DNA of 64,000 nt from Pseudomonadota bacterium (GTDB taxonomy: Bacteria; Bdellovibrionota_B; Oligoflexia; Oligoflexales; CAIYRB01): NCBI GenBank assembly GCA_031416315.1, contig JANOTL010000146.1, positions 34,077 to 98,076 of the forward strand, written 5' to 3'. Of this stretch, positions 27,250 through 36,819 are shown piece after piece. The notes below the pieces were generated by a model, which was not told where the DNA came from, searched no databases, and saw only the letters and a program-made list of their open reading frames with translations. The stretch's first letter is position 1; every line of letters starts with the position of its first letter. Made by a program: the position numbers and the translations under genes.

Positions 27250-28425
27250 ATGAAGTTCATCGACAGCACCCAGATTCGCGTACGCGCCGGCCGCGGCGGT
27301 GACGGCATCGCCAGCTTCAAGTCGGCCAAAGGCGCCCCGAAGCTCGGCCCCGACGGCGGCGACGGCGGCACCGGCGGCAGCATCATCTTTCAGGGTCACA
27401 ACGGCCTGAACACTCTGAGCAACCTCCGCTACCGCGCCATTTATCGCGCGGAAGACGGCGTGCGCGGCGGCACCAACGGCGCGACCGGCGCTTGTGGCGA
27501 AGACCTCGTCCTGCGCGTGCCGCTCGGCACCGTCGCGATCGACATCGCCACAGGCGACTGCGTCGCGGAGATCATCGAGCACGGCGAGGAGGTGGTCGTC
27601 GCCAAAGGCGGCCGCCACGGCTTGGGCAACATGCATTGGACCTCACCGACGCACCAGGCGCCCGAAGAATACCGCCCGGGCACCGAAGGCGAGTCGCGCG
27701 AGCTGCGCCTCGAGCTGAAGCTGATCGCCGACGTCGGCCTCGCCGGCTTCCCGAACGCGGGCAAATCGACCCTCCTTTCGCGCATCAGCGCGGCGCGCCC
27801 GAAAATCGCGGACTATCCGTTCACGACCCTGAAGCCGAACCTCGGCGTCGTCGAGCTCAAGACGGGCAGCGGCGACTACGGCTACGACGCCATCGTCGTC
27901 GCCGACGTGCCGGGCTTGATCGAAGGCGCCAGCATCGGCAAGGGCCTTGGGCACGCGTTCTTGAAGCATCTCGAGCGCACCTGCATGATCGCCTACATCG
28001 TCGACGGCAACGATGCCGCCCGCGACGTCGAGACGACGCTCGCGACCCTGAAGAACGAGCTGGCGAGCTTCGGCACCGAGCTCGCGAAGAAGCGCTCGAT
28101 CGTCGTGATCAACAAGATCGACCTCCTCGACGAAGAGCTGGTCTCATATCTGATCAGTGAAGTGAACACGCTCGGCCACGAGGCCATGGCGATCTCTGCC
28201 GTCGAGGGCGCCGGCATCGACAAGCTGAAGTACCGGCTCCTCGACCTCGTGAAAGAGGAAAAGGCCCGGCTTCTCATCGAAACCGCGGTCCTCGGCAAGA
28301 ACACGTCCGAGCCGCGCCGCAGCGGCGGCTACTACGGGCTCGCCGAGCCCGAAAGCCACAAGTCGATTCAAGCTCTCGCGCGGACTCAGGCGCTGATCCT
28401 CGAAGCCGATGCCCACCGCAGCTGA
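27250..28425 (+). CDS. obgE: GTPase ObgE/CgtA
   Basis: GGDGG repeats, LELKLIADVGLAGFPNAGKST, YPFTTL.PNLG, DVPGLIEGA and NKID. Confidence 0.97.
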   Translation: MKFIDSTQIRVRAGRGGDGIASFKSAKGAPKLGPDGGDGGTGGSIIFQGHNGLNTLSNLRYRAIYRAEDGVRGGTNGATGACGEDLVLRVPLGTVAIDIATGDCVAEIIEHGEEVVVAKGGRHGLGNMHWTSPTHQAPEEYRPGTEGESRELRLELKLIADVGLAGFPNAGKSTLLSRISAARPKIADYPFTTLKPNLGVVELKTGSGDYGYDAIVVADVPGLIEGASIGKGLGHAFLKHLERTCMIAYIVDGNDAARDVETTLATLKNELASFGTELAKKRSIVVINKIDLLDEELVSYLISEVNTLGHEAMAISAVEGAGIDKLKYRLLDLVKEEKARLLIETAVLGKNTSEPRRSGGYYGLAEPESHKSIQALARTQALILEADAHRS

Positions 28426-29098
28426 AGCCTGGAGTCCCGAGCTCGTCATTTACGGCGGCTCCTTCGATCCCCCGCATGCAGCGCACACGGCGCTGCTCGT
28501 GTCGGCGCTGCGCGAGTTTCCGGCGGCCCGGGCTTGGATGGTGCCGGCCGCGGCGACGCCCTTGGCGGGCGCAGCTCCAGGCGAAGCCGCCAACAGCGGC
28601 AGCAAGGTCTCCGGCGCAACCTATGCACAGCGCTTTGCCATGTGCGAGCTCGCCGTCGCCGCGCTTCCCCGCGAGCTCATGTCCCGCATCACGATTTCCA
28701 CCCTGGAAGCCGAGCTTCCGCAACCGAACTACACCGTCACCACGCTGCGTGAGATCCGTAAGCGCCAGCCAAAGACACGCCTCGCCCTTCTCATCGGCGG
28801 CGACCAGCTGGAGGCCTTCTCCCGTTGGCGCGAGCCGCGCGAGATCCTCGCGCTCGCCTCTCTCATCGCGGTCCAGCGCGACGGCGCGAAGGGTGACCCG
28901 AAGGCCGTCCTGTCAGCCCTCGATTTCGCGGCGCCCTCGCAAGACGGTCGCCCCCTGATCTATTCTCTCGACGGCCAGCCCGTCGCGGCAGCGAGCCGCG
29001 CCCTGCGCGCCGCGTTTGCCCGCGGCGACACAGCTCCCGAAGGCTGGCTCGAACGTTCCGTGGCCCATTACATCGATCGTGAAGGACTTTATCGATGA
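28409..29098 (+). CDS. nadD: Nicotinate-nucleotide adenylyltransferase
   Basis: YGGSFDPPHAAH, YTVTTL and LLIGGD...W motifs; obg-nadD-rsfS-rlmH synteny. Confidence 0.88.
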   Translation: MPTAAEAWSPELVIYGGSFDPPHAAHTALLVSALREFPAARAWMVPAAATPLAGAAPGEAANSGSKVSGATYAQRFAMCELAVAALPRELMSRITISTLEAELPQPNYTVTTLREIRKRQPKTRLALLIGGDQLEAFSRWREPREILALASLIAVQRDGAKGDPKAVLSALDFAAPSQDGRPLIYSLDGQPVAAASRALRAAFARGDTAPEGWLERSVAHYIDREGLYR

Positions 29099-29442
29099 AC
29101 GCTCTCGACATTGCCAAAGAAGCCGCCGCCGCCGCCTCGGACAAGAAGGCCGTACGCCCCGTACTGCTAGACTTGCGCGGCATCTCGGATTTCTGCGATT
29201 TCCAATTCATCTGCTCGGGCGAGAACGACCGCCAGACGCGCGCCATCTGCGAGGCGATCGACGAGCGCTGCCGCAAGAACGGCGTGCGCCCCGCCGCGGT
29301 CGAGGGCAAGCAGACCGGCAACTGGATCACGATGGATTACGGCTCGACGATCATCCACGTCTTCTTCGACCACCTCCGCGACTACTACGCGCTCGAAGAG
29401 ATCTGGCCGAAGGCGAAGTTCGTCGCGCTCAAAGACGCCTGA
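29095..29442 (+). CDS. rsfS: Ribosome silencing factor RsfS
   Basis: DKKA...LLDLR..SDFCDF..ICSG; WITMDYG..IIHVF....RDYYALEEIW. Confidence 0.95.
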   Translation: MNALDIAKEAAAAASDKKAVRPVLLDLRGISDFCDFQFICSGENDRQTRAICEAIDERCRKNGVRPAAVEGKQTGNWITMDYGSTIIHVFFDHLRDYYALEEIWPKAKFVALKDA

Positions 29443-29447
29443 CGCAA

Positions 29448-29885
29448 GTGCAGCTCCGGATCGCGAAGATCGGCCGCGTCGCCTATCCCGAGCTGACGGC
29501 GATGGCCGCCGTCTACGAAGGGCGCCTCAAGCCTTTCGGCAAGGTGGAGGCCCTCGACTTCAAGGACGAGGACGCGTTCCTGCGTTTCGCCGGCAAACTT
29601 TTGCCCGGCACTCGCGTCGTGATGATGGACGAGCGCGGCAAGTGCCACCGCTCGACCGAGCTCGCCGAGCGCCTCCGCGCCTGGACGGACGATCCGGCCA
29701 TCAAACAAGTCTTGTTTGTGATCGGCGGCCCGCTCGGCCTCGGCGAAGAGGTCAAGGCCCTGGCGCAGGAGACCTGGAGCCTTTCGCCCGCGACCTTCAC
29801 CAGCGACTTCGCCTGGGTGCTTTGCTGGGAGCAGCTCTACCGCGCCTTCACCATCCTCAAGGGCACCGGCTACCACCACGACTGA
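29448..29885 (+). CDS. rlmH: 23S rRNA pseudouridine-1915 N3-methyltransferase
   Basis: GTG start at 29448; DERGK...S.ELA, FVIGGPLGL and EQLYRAFTILKGTGYHH. Confidence 0.92.
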   Translation: MQLRIAKIGRVAYPELTAMAAVYEGRLKPFGKVEALDFKDEDAFLRFAGKLLPGTRVVMMDERGKCHRSTELAERLRAWTDDPAIKQVLFVIGGPLGLGEEVKALAQETWSLSPATFTSDFAWVLCWEQLYRAFTILKGTGYHHD

Positions 29886-29906
29886 TTCCACGGTAGAATC
29901 AGGGGC

Positions 29907-30713
29907 ATGAAACCCATTCTCCGCATCCTGAGCAGCGTGGCCGCCTGGACCCTTCTCTGCGCCGCCGGCCCCGCGCCGACGGTCGAGAAGGTCCTCGACT
30001 TCTACAAGACCGACGAGTTCCTCGGCGACTCCTTCAAATACGTGCAGGAAGCGATCGACCGACGCAAGAAGGACGTCACCATCGACCCGGCGCTGATCAA
30101 ACGGATCAACGACCTCGGGCCGCGCATCTACACCAAGAAGAACCTTCTCGACGTCTTCAAGATCGCCTACGCGAAGAACACGACGATGGAGAGCATGACC
30201 TCGCTCTACGCCTGGCAGAACACCCCGAATGGGCTCATGTTGCGGAAGGCCTACGCCGAGCACTTCAAGGGCAACGCCGCCTCTTGGAAGAAGTACTACG
30301 ACAAGGAAAGCCCAAAGGTCTTGAAGCCAAACCGGCGCAACGCGCTGACGACTTTCATCACCTCGACCGAGCAATGGGAGCTCTACACCACGAAGGTTCT
30401 GGGCGGCGACTTCACCATCTGGCACGTCCTGAACACGATCGCGCCCGCGAACGCCAAGGAAACCATCAAGTCCTTCAAAGAGAAGCTGAAGCCGCGCAAA
30501 TCAGGCTTCATCGAGCCGGGCAAAGAGTGGTTCCTCGTCTTCGACTTCGCGCTCTTGCGCGACGTGAAGAACGAGGAGATCGACGAGATGTCGAAGTTTC
30601 CGCTGACCGTGCCGGGCCAAGCGAGCACCAAAGCCTACCGCTTTGCGCTAGAGCAGACCTTCGAGAGCGCGGCGAAGACCCTAGCGAACGAGATCGTGAA
30701 GGGTACGAAGTAG
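29907..30713 (+). CDS. Secreted hypothetical protein (two DUF2059-like helical motifs)
   Basis: Signal-like N-terminus; LYAWQNTPNG and EEIDEMSKF..T.PGQ resemble the 'EEL..F..SP.G' motif. Confidence 0.65.
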   Translation: MKPILRILSSVAAWTLLCAAGPAPTVEKVLDFYKTDEFLGDSFKYVQEAIDRRKKDVTIDPALIKRINDLGPRIYTKKNLLDVFKIAYAKNTTMESMTSLYAWQNTPNGLMLRKAYAEHFKGNAASWKKYYDKESPKVLKPNRRNALTTFITSTEQWELYTTKVLGGDFTIWHVLNTIAPANAKETIKSFKEKLKPRKSGFIEPGKEWFLVFDFALLRDVKNEEIDEMSKFPLTVPGQASTKAYRFALEQTFESAAKTLANEIVKGTK

Positions 30714-31493
30714 GGCCTCGACCTTCGCCTTCTGCACCGGGACCATGGGGTCGCCCCCGGCTTTGAAGGCGGTGCCGACGATAAAGCCGTCGGCGTGCGG
30801 GAGCAGCGTGGGCAGGGTCGCGCCGTTGACGCCGGAGCCGACGAGCACGGCGCCGCCCTTCGCGGCTTCCTTCGCGGCGGCGAGTTGTTGCGGGTCGGCG
30901 GCGGCGCCCGTGCCGCGGCCGGAAACGATCACGGCGTCGGCGAGCCCGCGTTTCAGCGTGTCCTCGACCTCGTCGGCCAAAGGCCGCGCGGCCAGGGGCG
31001 CGGAATGCTTCACGTCGACGTCCGCGAGGATCAGGATGTGGTCGGCCGCGAGCATTTTTCGCAGGCGGAGCAAGTCGTAAGCGATGCCTTGGATCACGCC
31101 TTGATCGGTGACGCGCGCGCCGGAGAGGACGTTGACGCGGATGAACTCGGCGCCGACCGCGGCCGCGATGCCGAGGGCGCTTTCGCCGTCGTTCCGCAGG
31201 ACGTTGATGCCGAGGGGCACGCGATGCTTGCGCTTCACCTCCGCGGCGAGCGCCGTCATCTGCGCGACGGTCGCGGCGTCGACCCGGCCCGGGGCGAACG
31301 GCACGTCGCCGAAGTTCTCCATCATCAGGGCCGCGGCGCCGCCGTGCACCAGGGCGTCGGCGTCGGCGAGCATCGCGTCCATCACCGAGCTCATCGTCGT
31401 CGAGGTCGTGGATCGCGGCGCGCCCGGTAGCGGCCGCAGATGCAGCATGCCGATGACGGGCTTTTGGGAGAAGAGTTGGCGGAATCGGCTCAC
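30681..31493 (-). CDS. BtpA/SgcQ family protein
   Basis: KPVIGMLHL.PLPGAP, ENFGDVPF, GINVLRND, DVDVKHS and DGFIVGT. Confidence 0.92.
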   Translation of the reverse strand: MSRFRQLFSQKPVIGMLHLRPLPGAPRSTTSTTMSSVMDAMLADADALVHGGAAALMMENFGDVPFAPGRVDAATVAQMTALAAEVKRKHRVPLGINVLRNDGESALGIAAAVGAEFIRVNVLSGARVTDQGVIQGIAYDLLRLRKMLAADHILILADVDVKHSAPLAARPLADEVEDTLKRGLADAVIVSGRGTGAAADPQQLAAAKEAAKGGAVLVGSGVNGATLPTLLPHADGFIVGTAFKAGGDPMVPVQKAKVEALLRTLHDLVR

Positions 31494-31595
31494 GGGGCAC
31501 TCCGGCGCTCGGCGTCCTTTAGAGCCTCGATCCTAATCCAACGGACCTGCGATGTCGCTGGTGCCGGCGCGGCGGGGACGCTATTTCTTCGGTCG

Positions 31596-32273
31596 ATGGG
31601 CGCATTTTCCACATGCATCGGGTGTCATGGGCGGCGGGATCTCCGGCCGCTCGCGGGGGAGGTCTCCGTATGCGAGTCGTGCCGAGAGGAGCTCAGGGAG
31701 CAGCAGGAGCCGCGCTCCGCGCCGCTCGACGCGTGGCGGCTCACGACGCACTGGGCCTACGGTGGGTTGGTGCGGCAGCTCATCCTCCGCGTGAAGGTGC
31801 AAGGCGATCATCGCGCCCTGCGTTTCCTGCGGGCTTTGGCGGAAGAGGCGCGGAAGGATGCGCATGGGCTTGCGGCCTTCGACGTCGTGATCCCGGCGCC
31901 CTCGAGCCTTTACGGTCGGATCTTGGGACGGATCGACCTCGCAGGCTGCGTTGCCGCAGACCTGGCACGCGCTGACGTCGGCTTCGTCGCCGCAGCGCCA
32001 TTTTCCTTGCACGCACGATGGCGCAAGCGCTCGCGGATCAAAGGGCGCACGGCAGAGGACGCGGGCACGCGCGTCGCGCTGTCACGGCTCGGCGCGCTGC
32101 TCGACGACCGGTGGCTGCGCACCGTCGCTCCGCGCCTTCGCGGCAAGCGCATCGGGATCCTAGACGACGTCGTCACCACAGGGCACACGATGCTCACGAC
32201 CGCACGGAAGGTCGCGGCCATGGTGGACGCCGAGGTGGAGCTGGTGGGGCTCGCCTCGGCGCTGAAAGACTAA
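31596..32273 (+). CDS. ComF-like phosphoribosyltransferase-family protein
   Basis: N-terminal CxxC...CxxC; C-terminal ILDDVVTTGHT PRT motif; start uncertain. Confidence 0.75.
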   Translation: MGAFSTCIGCHGRRDLRPLAGEVSVCESCREELREQQEPRSAPLDAWRLTTHWAYGGLVRQLILRVKVQGDHRALRFLRALAEEARKDAHGLAAFDVVIPAPSSLYGRILGRIDLAGCVAADLARADVGFVAAAPFSLHARWRKRSRIKGRTAEDAGTRVALSRLGALLDDRWLRTVAPRLRGKRIGILDDVVTTGHTMLTTARKVAAMVDAEVELVGLASALKD

Positions 32274-32336
32274 ATCTTCCTAGATGGTATTATTCGGCAG
32301 CTCAAGCGACGTCTCGCGTGCACCGACAGGGAGCCC

Positions 32337-32614
32337 ATGACTACGAAACGATTCCTGATTGCCGCGTTGTCTGCCGTCTTGGCGGGATGCGGCGGAGCCT
32401 CGGAGCCTCGGGCTTCGGCGGCGCCCCGGGCGAAGCCTCAGTGGAGGGTGGCGCCACTCTAGCTCCCGCAAGCGGCGGCAGCAGCACTATGCCGCCGCCC
32501 TGGGAAATCGTCATCCTCGCTACGGGAACGACTGCCACCATCAAACTAACCAACGAAGCGACGGCCGGAAACGAATACCTCTTTGTGGACGCCATCGAGT
32601 TCGAGCTGCTCTAG
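32337..32614 (+). pseudogene. Frameshifted small lipoprotein gene
   Basis: AGGGAG RBS and MTTKRFLIAALSAVLAGC lipobox. An 8-bp duplication (CGGAGCCT x2, 32393-32408) shifts the frame; removing one copy gives a continuous 89-aa ORF ending NEYLFVDAIEFELL at 32614. Confidence 0.6.
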
Positions 32615-33000
32615 TCGACCGTAAGGGCTCGCTCGAGAATGGCCGCCGACGCGCGGATCTGCGCATCGCTGAGCGAGTCCGTACCGCCTTCGACGCCTTC
32701 CAAGTACGTCGCGCCCGGCACTTCGTTCATGATCAGAAATTGGTAGTCGCAGCCGATCGTCGTCGGATTGTGGCCGCCGATCTCCTGCGTCCGCCGCTTC
32801 GTGTAGACTTCGATCTCGGATAGGTCGATGAACCCGTCCTTCACGCCGTCGACAGAGCCGTCCGCGCCGAAGGCGACGCCACCTAGCTCACCGCGCCGCC
32901 AGCCAATGCCGTTGCCAACGCAAGAATGCGAATCATCTCGCCCCCAATCCCAATCGAATGCCGATGGACCCGTAAAAACAAGTTCGAGGCCAGCGCCCAC
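32611..33000 (-). CDS. Possible gene remnant or hypothetical protein
   Basis: The distal half looks protein-like (ADGSVDGVKDGFIDLSEIEVYTKRR); the 5' half and start are unconvincing. Confidence 0.3.
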   Translation of the reverse strand: MGAGLELVFTGPSAFDWDWGRDDSHSCVGNGIGWRRGELGGVAFGADGSVDGVKDGFIDLSEIEVYTKRRTQEIGGHNPTTIGCDYQFLIMNEVPGATYLEGVEGGTDSLSDAQIRASAAILERALTVD

Positions 33001-33141
33001 GCCCGAAAAATCCGAACGATTTCGGCCCGACCCGACCGCCGGCGCCGCCTACGGCTTAGCCAGCGTCGCCAAGTCGAATAGCGGCCCCAGCGCCGACCTG
33101 TTAGAACTTCCGACGCACCAACAGGTTCCAAGGAGCATGCG

Positions 33142-35814
33142 ATGAGTCTGCCGGCAGCCGCGGAGATCGAGCAGATGACGCCGATGCTGCGCCAGTACTA
33201 CGAGCTCAAGCTCCAGTGTGGCGACGCGATCCTCTTTTTCCGCATGGGCGACTTTTTCGAGATCTTCGGCCGCGACGCCGAGGACGTCGCACCCGTTCTC
33301 GAGCTCGTTTTGACGAGCCGCGAACGCGGCGATCAGCAGCGCATCCCATTCTGCGGCGTGCCGCACCACAGCGCGCGCAACTACTACCTGAAGCTCTTGA
33401 AGAAGGGCTACAAGATCGCGATCGCCGATCAGATGGAAGACCCGGCCGAAGCCAAGGGCCTCGTCCGCCGCGAGATCGTCCGCACGTTGACTCCGGGCTG
33501 CATCGACGATCCCGACGGGCTCGAGCGCGACGCGCCGAACTACCTCATGGCCGTGCACGAGGACCCGGACACGAAAGCCTGGGCCTGCCTCGCAGCCGAC
33601 CTCTCCACGGGCGAGCTGCGCATCGGACGTTTGAGCTCCCTGACTGAGCTCCGCGGCTACGTCGAGCGCTTCCAGCCGAAGGAGCTGCTCGCCCGCAAGT
33701 TTTTCCACGACGAGATCAAGACGCTCCTTTCTTCTTACATGGTCGACCGTCGCCTGCTCGTCGAGCCGCTCCCGGAGGCGCCCCTGCGCGACAGGGCCGA
33801 GCAGAAAGTGATGCTCACCGAAGTCCTCGGCAAGCAGGACCTCGATTCGCAACCCTCGGGGGCCGTCCCCGGGGGCGAGGCGCTGGTCACCGCCACGCTC
33901 TTCTACTTCCGGAGTCTGCAGGCGAGCTTGCAGCAGTTCATGAACGTGCGGCCGCTGCACGAGTCCAACACCATGGTCCTCGACGAGACAGCCGTGCGCG
34001 ATCTCGAGCTCTTCGAGACCGTCCGTCGCCGTCAGACGGAGGGCTCGCTCTTCCGCGAGATCAATCGCACGCTCTCGCCGATGGGCGCGCGCCTCCTGCG
34101 CTTCTTCCTCGGCCACCCCTTGATCGACGCCGCTCAAATTCGCGCGCGTCATGCGGCGGTGCGCAGCCTCGTCAGCCTCGGAGAGGAGCGCCTGGCGGAG
34201 ATCCGCGTCTCCCTCAAAGGCATGGGCGACCTCGACCGCCTCGCCACCCGCATCTTCGGGCTCTCGGCCGCGCCTCAGGAACTGGCGCGCGTCATCGACT
34301 CCCTGGAAAAGGCGAAGTGGATCGTCGAGAACCTGACCGGCGAGAAGGGCGAGAAGCTTCCCGAGGACCTCTACAAGGCCGTCGCCGTCGGCCTCAAGTT
34401 CTATAAGCTCCCGCTGAAGATTTTGAGCGAGGCGCTCTGCGACCAGCCGCAGGCCTTGGGCACCGGCCTCGGCGTCTTCCGCCCCGGCTACGACATGACG
34501 CTCGACGGGCTCAACGAGATCGCGCGCTCGGGCGAAGGCGCCGTCGACGCCTATCAGGAGACGCTGAAGCAGCGCACCGGCATCGGCAGCTTGAAGATCA
34601 AGTTCCACAAAACCTTCGGCTACTTGATCGAGGTCACGAAGCCCAACCTCGCGCGCGTTCCGCCCGACTTCATTCGCCGCCAGACGATGGTCAACTGCGA
34701 GCGCTTCGTGACGGTCGAGCTGCAGGAGCTCGGGGAGACCCTCGTCTCCGCCACCGACAACGCCCTCGCGCGGGAAGGCGAGCTCTACTCGGCCCTCCTC
34801 GGCGAGCTGGCAAAATTTCGCATGGACGTGAAGTCGGTCGCGCATGCGCTCGCGACCTTCGATCTTCTGCAGTCCTTCGCCTGGACGGCGCTCCGGCGCG
34901 CCTACGTCGAGCCGCGCCTCTCCGACGACGGCAAGGTCGAGCTCCGGGGCTCGCGCCACCCGGTGGTCGAGCGCTACGTCGGCCGCCACGCTTTCACGCC
35001 AAACGACGTCTCCATCTCGACGGAGAAGAAGCATCTGCTCATCACCGGCCCCAACATGGCCGGCAAGTCGACCGTCATGCGGCAGACCGCGCTCGCGGCC
35101 ATCCTCTGCCAGATCGGCAGCTTCGTGCCGGCCGAAAGCGTGCGCCTCCCCGTCTTCGACCGCATTTTCACGCGCGTCGGCGCCGCGGACGACCTTTCCC
35201 GGGGTCAGTCGACTTTCATGGTGGAGATGGCCGAGGCCGCCGCGATCCTGCGCAACGCCACGCCGCGCAGCCTCGTCATCCTCGACGAGGTCGGCCGTGG
35301 CACGTCGACGACGGACGGATTGGCGCTCGCGTTCGCGATCCTGCAAGACCTCTCACGCCGCGTTCGCTGCTACACGCTCTTCGCGACGCACTACCATGAG
35401 CTCGTGGAATTGACGGCGGACATGCAGGGTATCCGTCCGATGCAGACCGAGGTCGTCGACCGCTCCGGACGCATCGCGTTCACGCATCGATTGAAGGATG
35501 GAGCGTCCGACTCGAGCTACGGACTCGAGGTCGCGCGCCTCGCCGGTCTGCCGGAAACCGTGCTCGCAGCTGCAACCCAATTCCTCGCGCAAGTCCCGCA
35601 GCCCAAGGCCCCCACGCCTCGCCGCCTGCAAGGCGCGAGTGCCGTTCCGGCGGCGCAGAGCCAGATTTCCGCGCAAAACGTCGTTCTCGAGCGTCTGGCG
35701 AAGCTCAACGTCAACCGCCTAACTCCGCTTCAAGCTCTCAATATTCTTGCAGAATTGCAGGGCGGCAGCACCGCCGCGCGCAGCGCCCCGTTATTTCCCG
35801 AAGAATCTTGCTAG
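33142..35814 (+). CDS. mutS: DNA mismatch repair protein MutS
   Basis: TPMLRQY, FRMGDFFEIF, ITGPNMAGKST, GQSTFMVEM, DEVGRGTST and FATHYHEL. Confidence 0.98.
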   Translation: MSLPAAAEIEQMTPMLRQYYELKLQCGDAILFFRMGDFFEIFGRDAEDVAPVLELVLTSRERGDQQRIPFCGVPHHSARNYYLKLLKKGYKIAIADQMEDPAEAKGLVRREIVRTLTPGCIDDPDGLERDAPNYLMAVHEDPDTKAWACLAADLSTGELRIGRLSSLTELRGYVERFQPKELLARKFFHDEIKTLLSSYMVDRRLLVEPLPEAPLRDRAEQKVMLTEVLGKQDLDSQPSGAVPGGEALVTATLFYFRSLQASLQQFMNVRPLHESNTMVLDETAVRDLELFETVRRRQTEGSLFREINRTLSPMGARLLRFFLGHPLIDAAQIRARHAAVRSLVSLGEERLAEIRVSLKGMGDLDRLATRIFGLSAAPQELARVIDSLEKAKWIVENLTGEKGEKLPEDLYKAVAVGLKFYKLPLKILSEALCDQPQALGTGLGVFRPGYDMTLDGLNEIARSGEGAVDAYQETLKQRTGIGSLKIKFHKTFGYLIEVTKPNLARVPPDFIRRQTMVNCERFVTVELQELGETLVSATDNALAREGELYSALLGELAKFRMDVKSVAHALATFDLLQSFAWTALRRAYVEPRLSDDGKVELRGSRHPVVERYVGRHAFTPNDVSISTEKKHLLITGPNMAGKSTVMRQTALAAILCQIGSFVPAESVRLPVFDRIFTRVGAADDLSRGQSTFMVEMAEAAAILRNATPRSLVILDEVGRGTSTTDGLALAFAILQDLSRRVRCYTLFATHYHELVELTADMQGIRPMQTEVVDRSGRIAFTHRLKDGASDSSYGLEVARLAGLPETVLAAATQFLAQVPQPKAPTPRRLQGASAVPAAQSQISAQNVVLERLAKLNVNRLTPLQALNILAELQGGSTAARSAPLFPEESC

Positions 35815-35903
35815 GACCGACCCGGCTCCCTATACTGGGGGCTAATTTACCGAGCAAACTCCGAATTTCTTTGGGCCCGAAACCTTCACCGGCAAAGAGC
35901 GCC

Positions 35904-36740
35904 ATGAAAAAACCCGTCAAGAAGCCGAAGAAGACCGTCGCCGCGAGCAAGTCGAAGAAGGCCGAGCCGGCCAAGAAGCCCGCGAAAAAAGAAGCCGCGA
36001 AAACGAAAGCCAAGACGCCGGAGAAAAAGCCGTTCGTCAAAGCCGCGCCCGAAAAAGCCAAAGCCGCGCCCGTCCAGATGAAGAAGTCTGCCGCGCCCGC
36101 CCCGGCCCCGAAAAAAGAAGAGCCGAAGAAGGCCGCGCCGGTCGTCTCCGCCAAAGACCAGAAAAAAGAGCTCTCCGCCAAGGTCTCCGAGAAGACGATG
36201 ACCAAACGCCCCGAAGGCGCGAAAGCCGCGCCCGCCGCGGCCGTCGGCAAGACCGTGAAAGCGCCGGCGCCGGCGCCGATCAAGGTCGAGCCGAAGATCA
36301 TCGAGAACCGCGAAACCGAGTACGTGAAGCCCAACTTCGAAGAGCAGCTCTTCACCGAAGAGGAGATCCGCAACTTCCGGGACCTCCTCGAGATCGAGCG
36401 CAACAAGATCCTCGTCAAGGCCCGCAAGGCCATGGAAGAGGGCAACATGCAGTTCGACAAGAACGACATGTACGACGAGGTCGATCAGGCCTCGGCGATG
36501 ATCGAGCAAAACCTGACCTTCCGTCTCCTCGACCGCGACCGCAAGCTCCTCGCGGAGATTGACCACGCGCTCATGAAGATCGATTCCGGCGAGTACGGTT
36601 ACTGCGAAGGCACCGGCGAGATCATCCCGAAGCGCCGCCTCGAGCTGCGTCCCTGGTGCCGCCACTCGGTGAAGTACAAAGAGAAGCTCGAGCGCATGAA
36701 GAAATCGGGCCGCGGCGTCGTCGACGAAGACGAGCTGTAG
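35904..36740 (+). CDS. dksA: DksA/TraR family transcription factor with long Lys/Ala/Pro-rich N-terminus
   Basis: Coiled-coil tip DEVDQA; RDRKLL.EID.AL.KI..GEYGYCE.TGE.I...RLE.RP. Confidence 0.88.
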   Translation: MKKPVKKPKKTVAASKSKKAEPAKKPAKKEAAKTKAKTPEKKPFVKAAPEKAKAAPVQMKKSAAPAPAPKKEEPKKAAPVVSAKDQKKELSAKVSEKTMTKRPEGAKAAPAAAVGKTVKAPAPAPIKVEPKIIENRETEYVKPNFEEQLFTEEEIRNFRDLLEIERNKILVKARKAMEEGNMQFDKNDMYDEVDQASAMIEQNLTFRLLDRDRKLLAEIDHALMKIDSGEYGYCEGTGEIIPKRRLELRPWCRHSVKYKEKLERMKKSGRGVVDEDEL

Positions 36741-36770
36741 GACGCCGCTTCCGCTCGCGGGAGCCGGCAA

Positions 36771-36808
36771 AGAAAAAGCCCCGGAGCCTACGCTCCGGGG
36801 CTTTTTTC
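36771..36808. terminator. Bidirectional intrinsic terminator
   Basis: AAAAAGCCCCGGAGC-CTAC-GCTCCGGGGCTTTTTT between convergent genes. Confidence 0.9.
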
Positions 36809-36819
36809 TGAGGCTCGCC

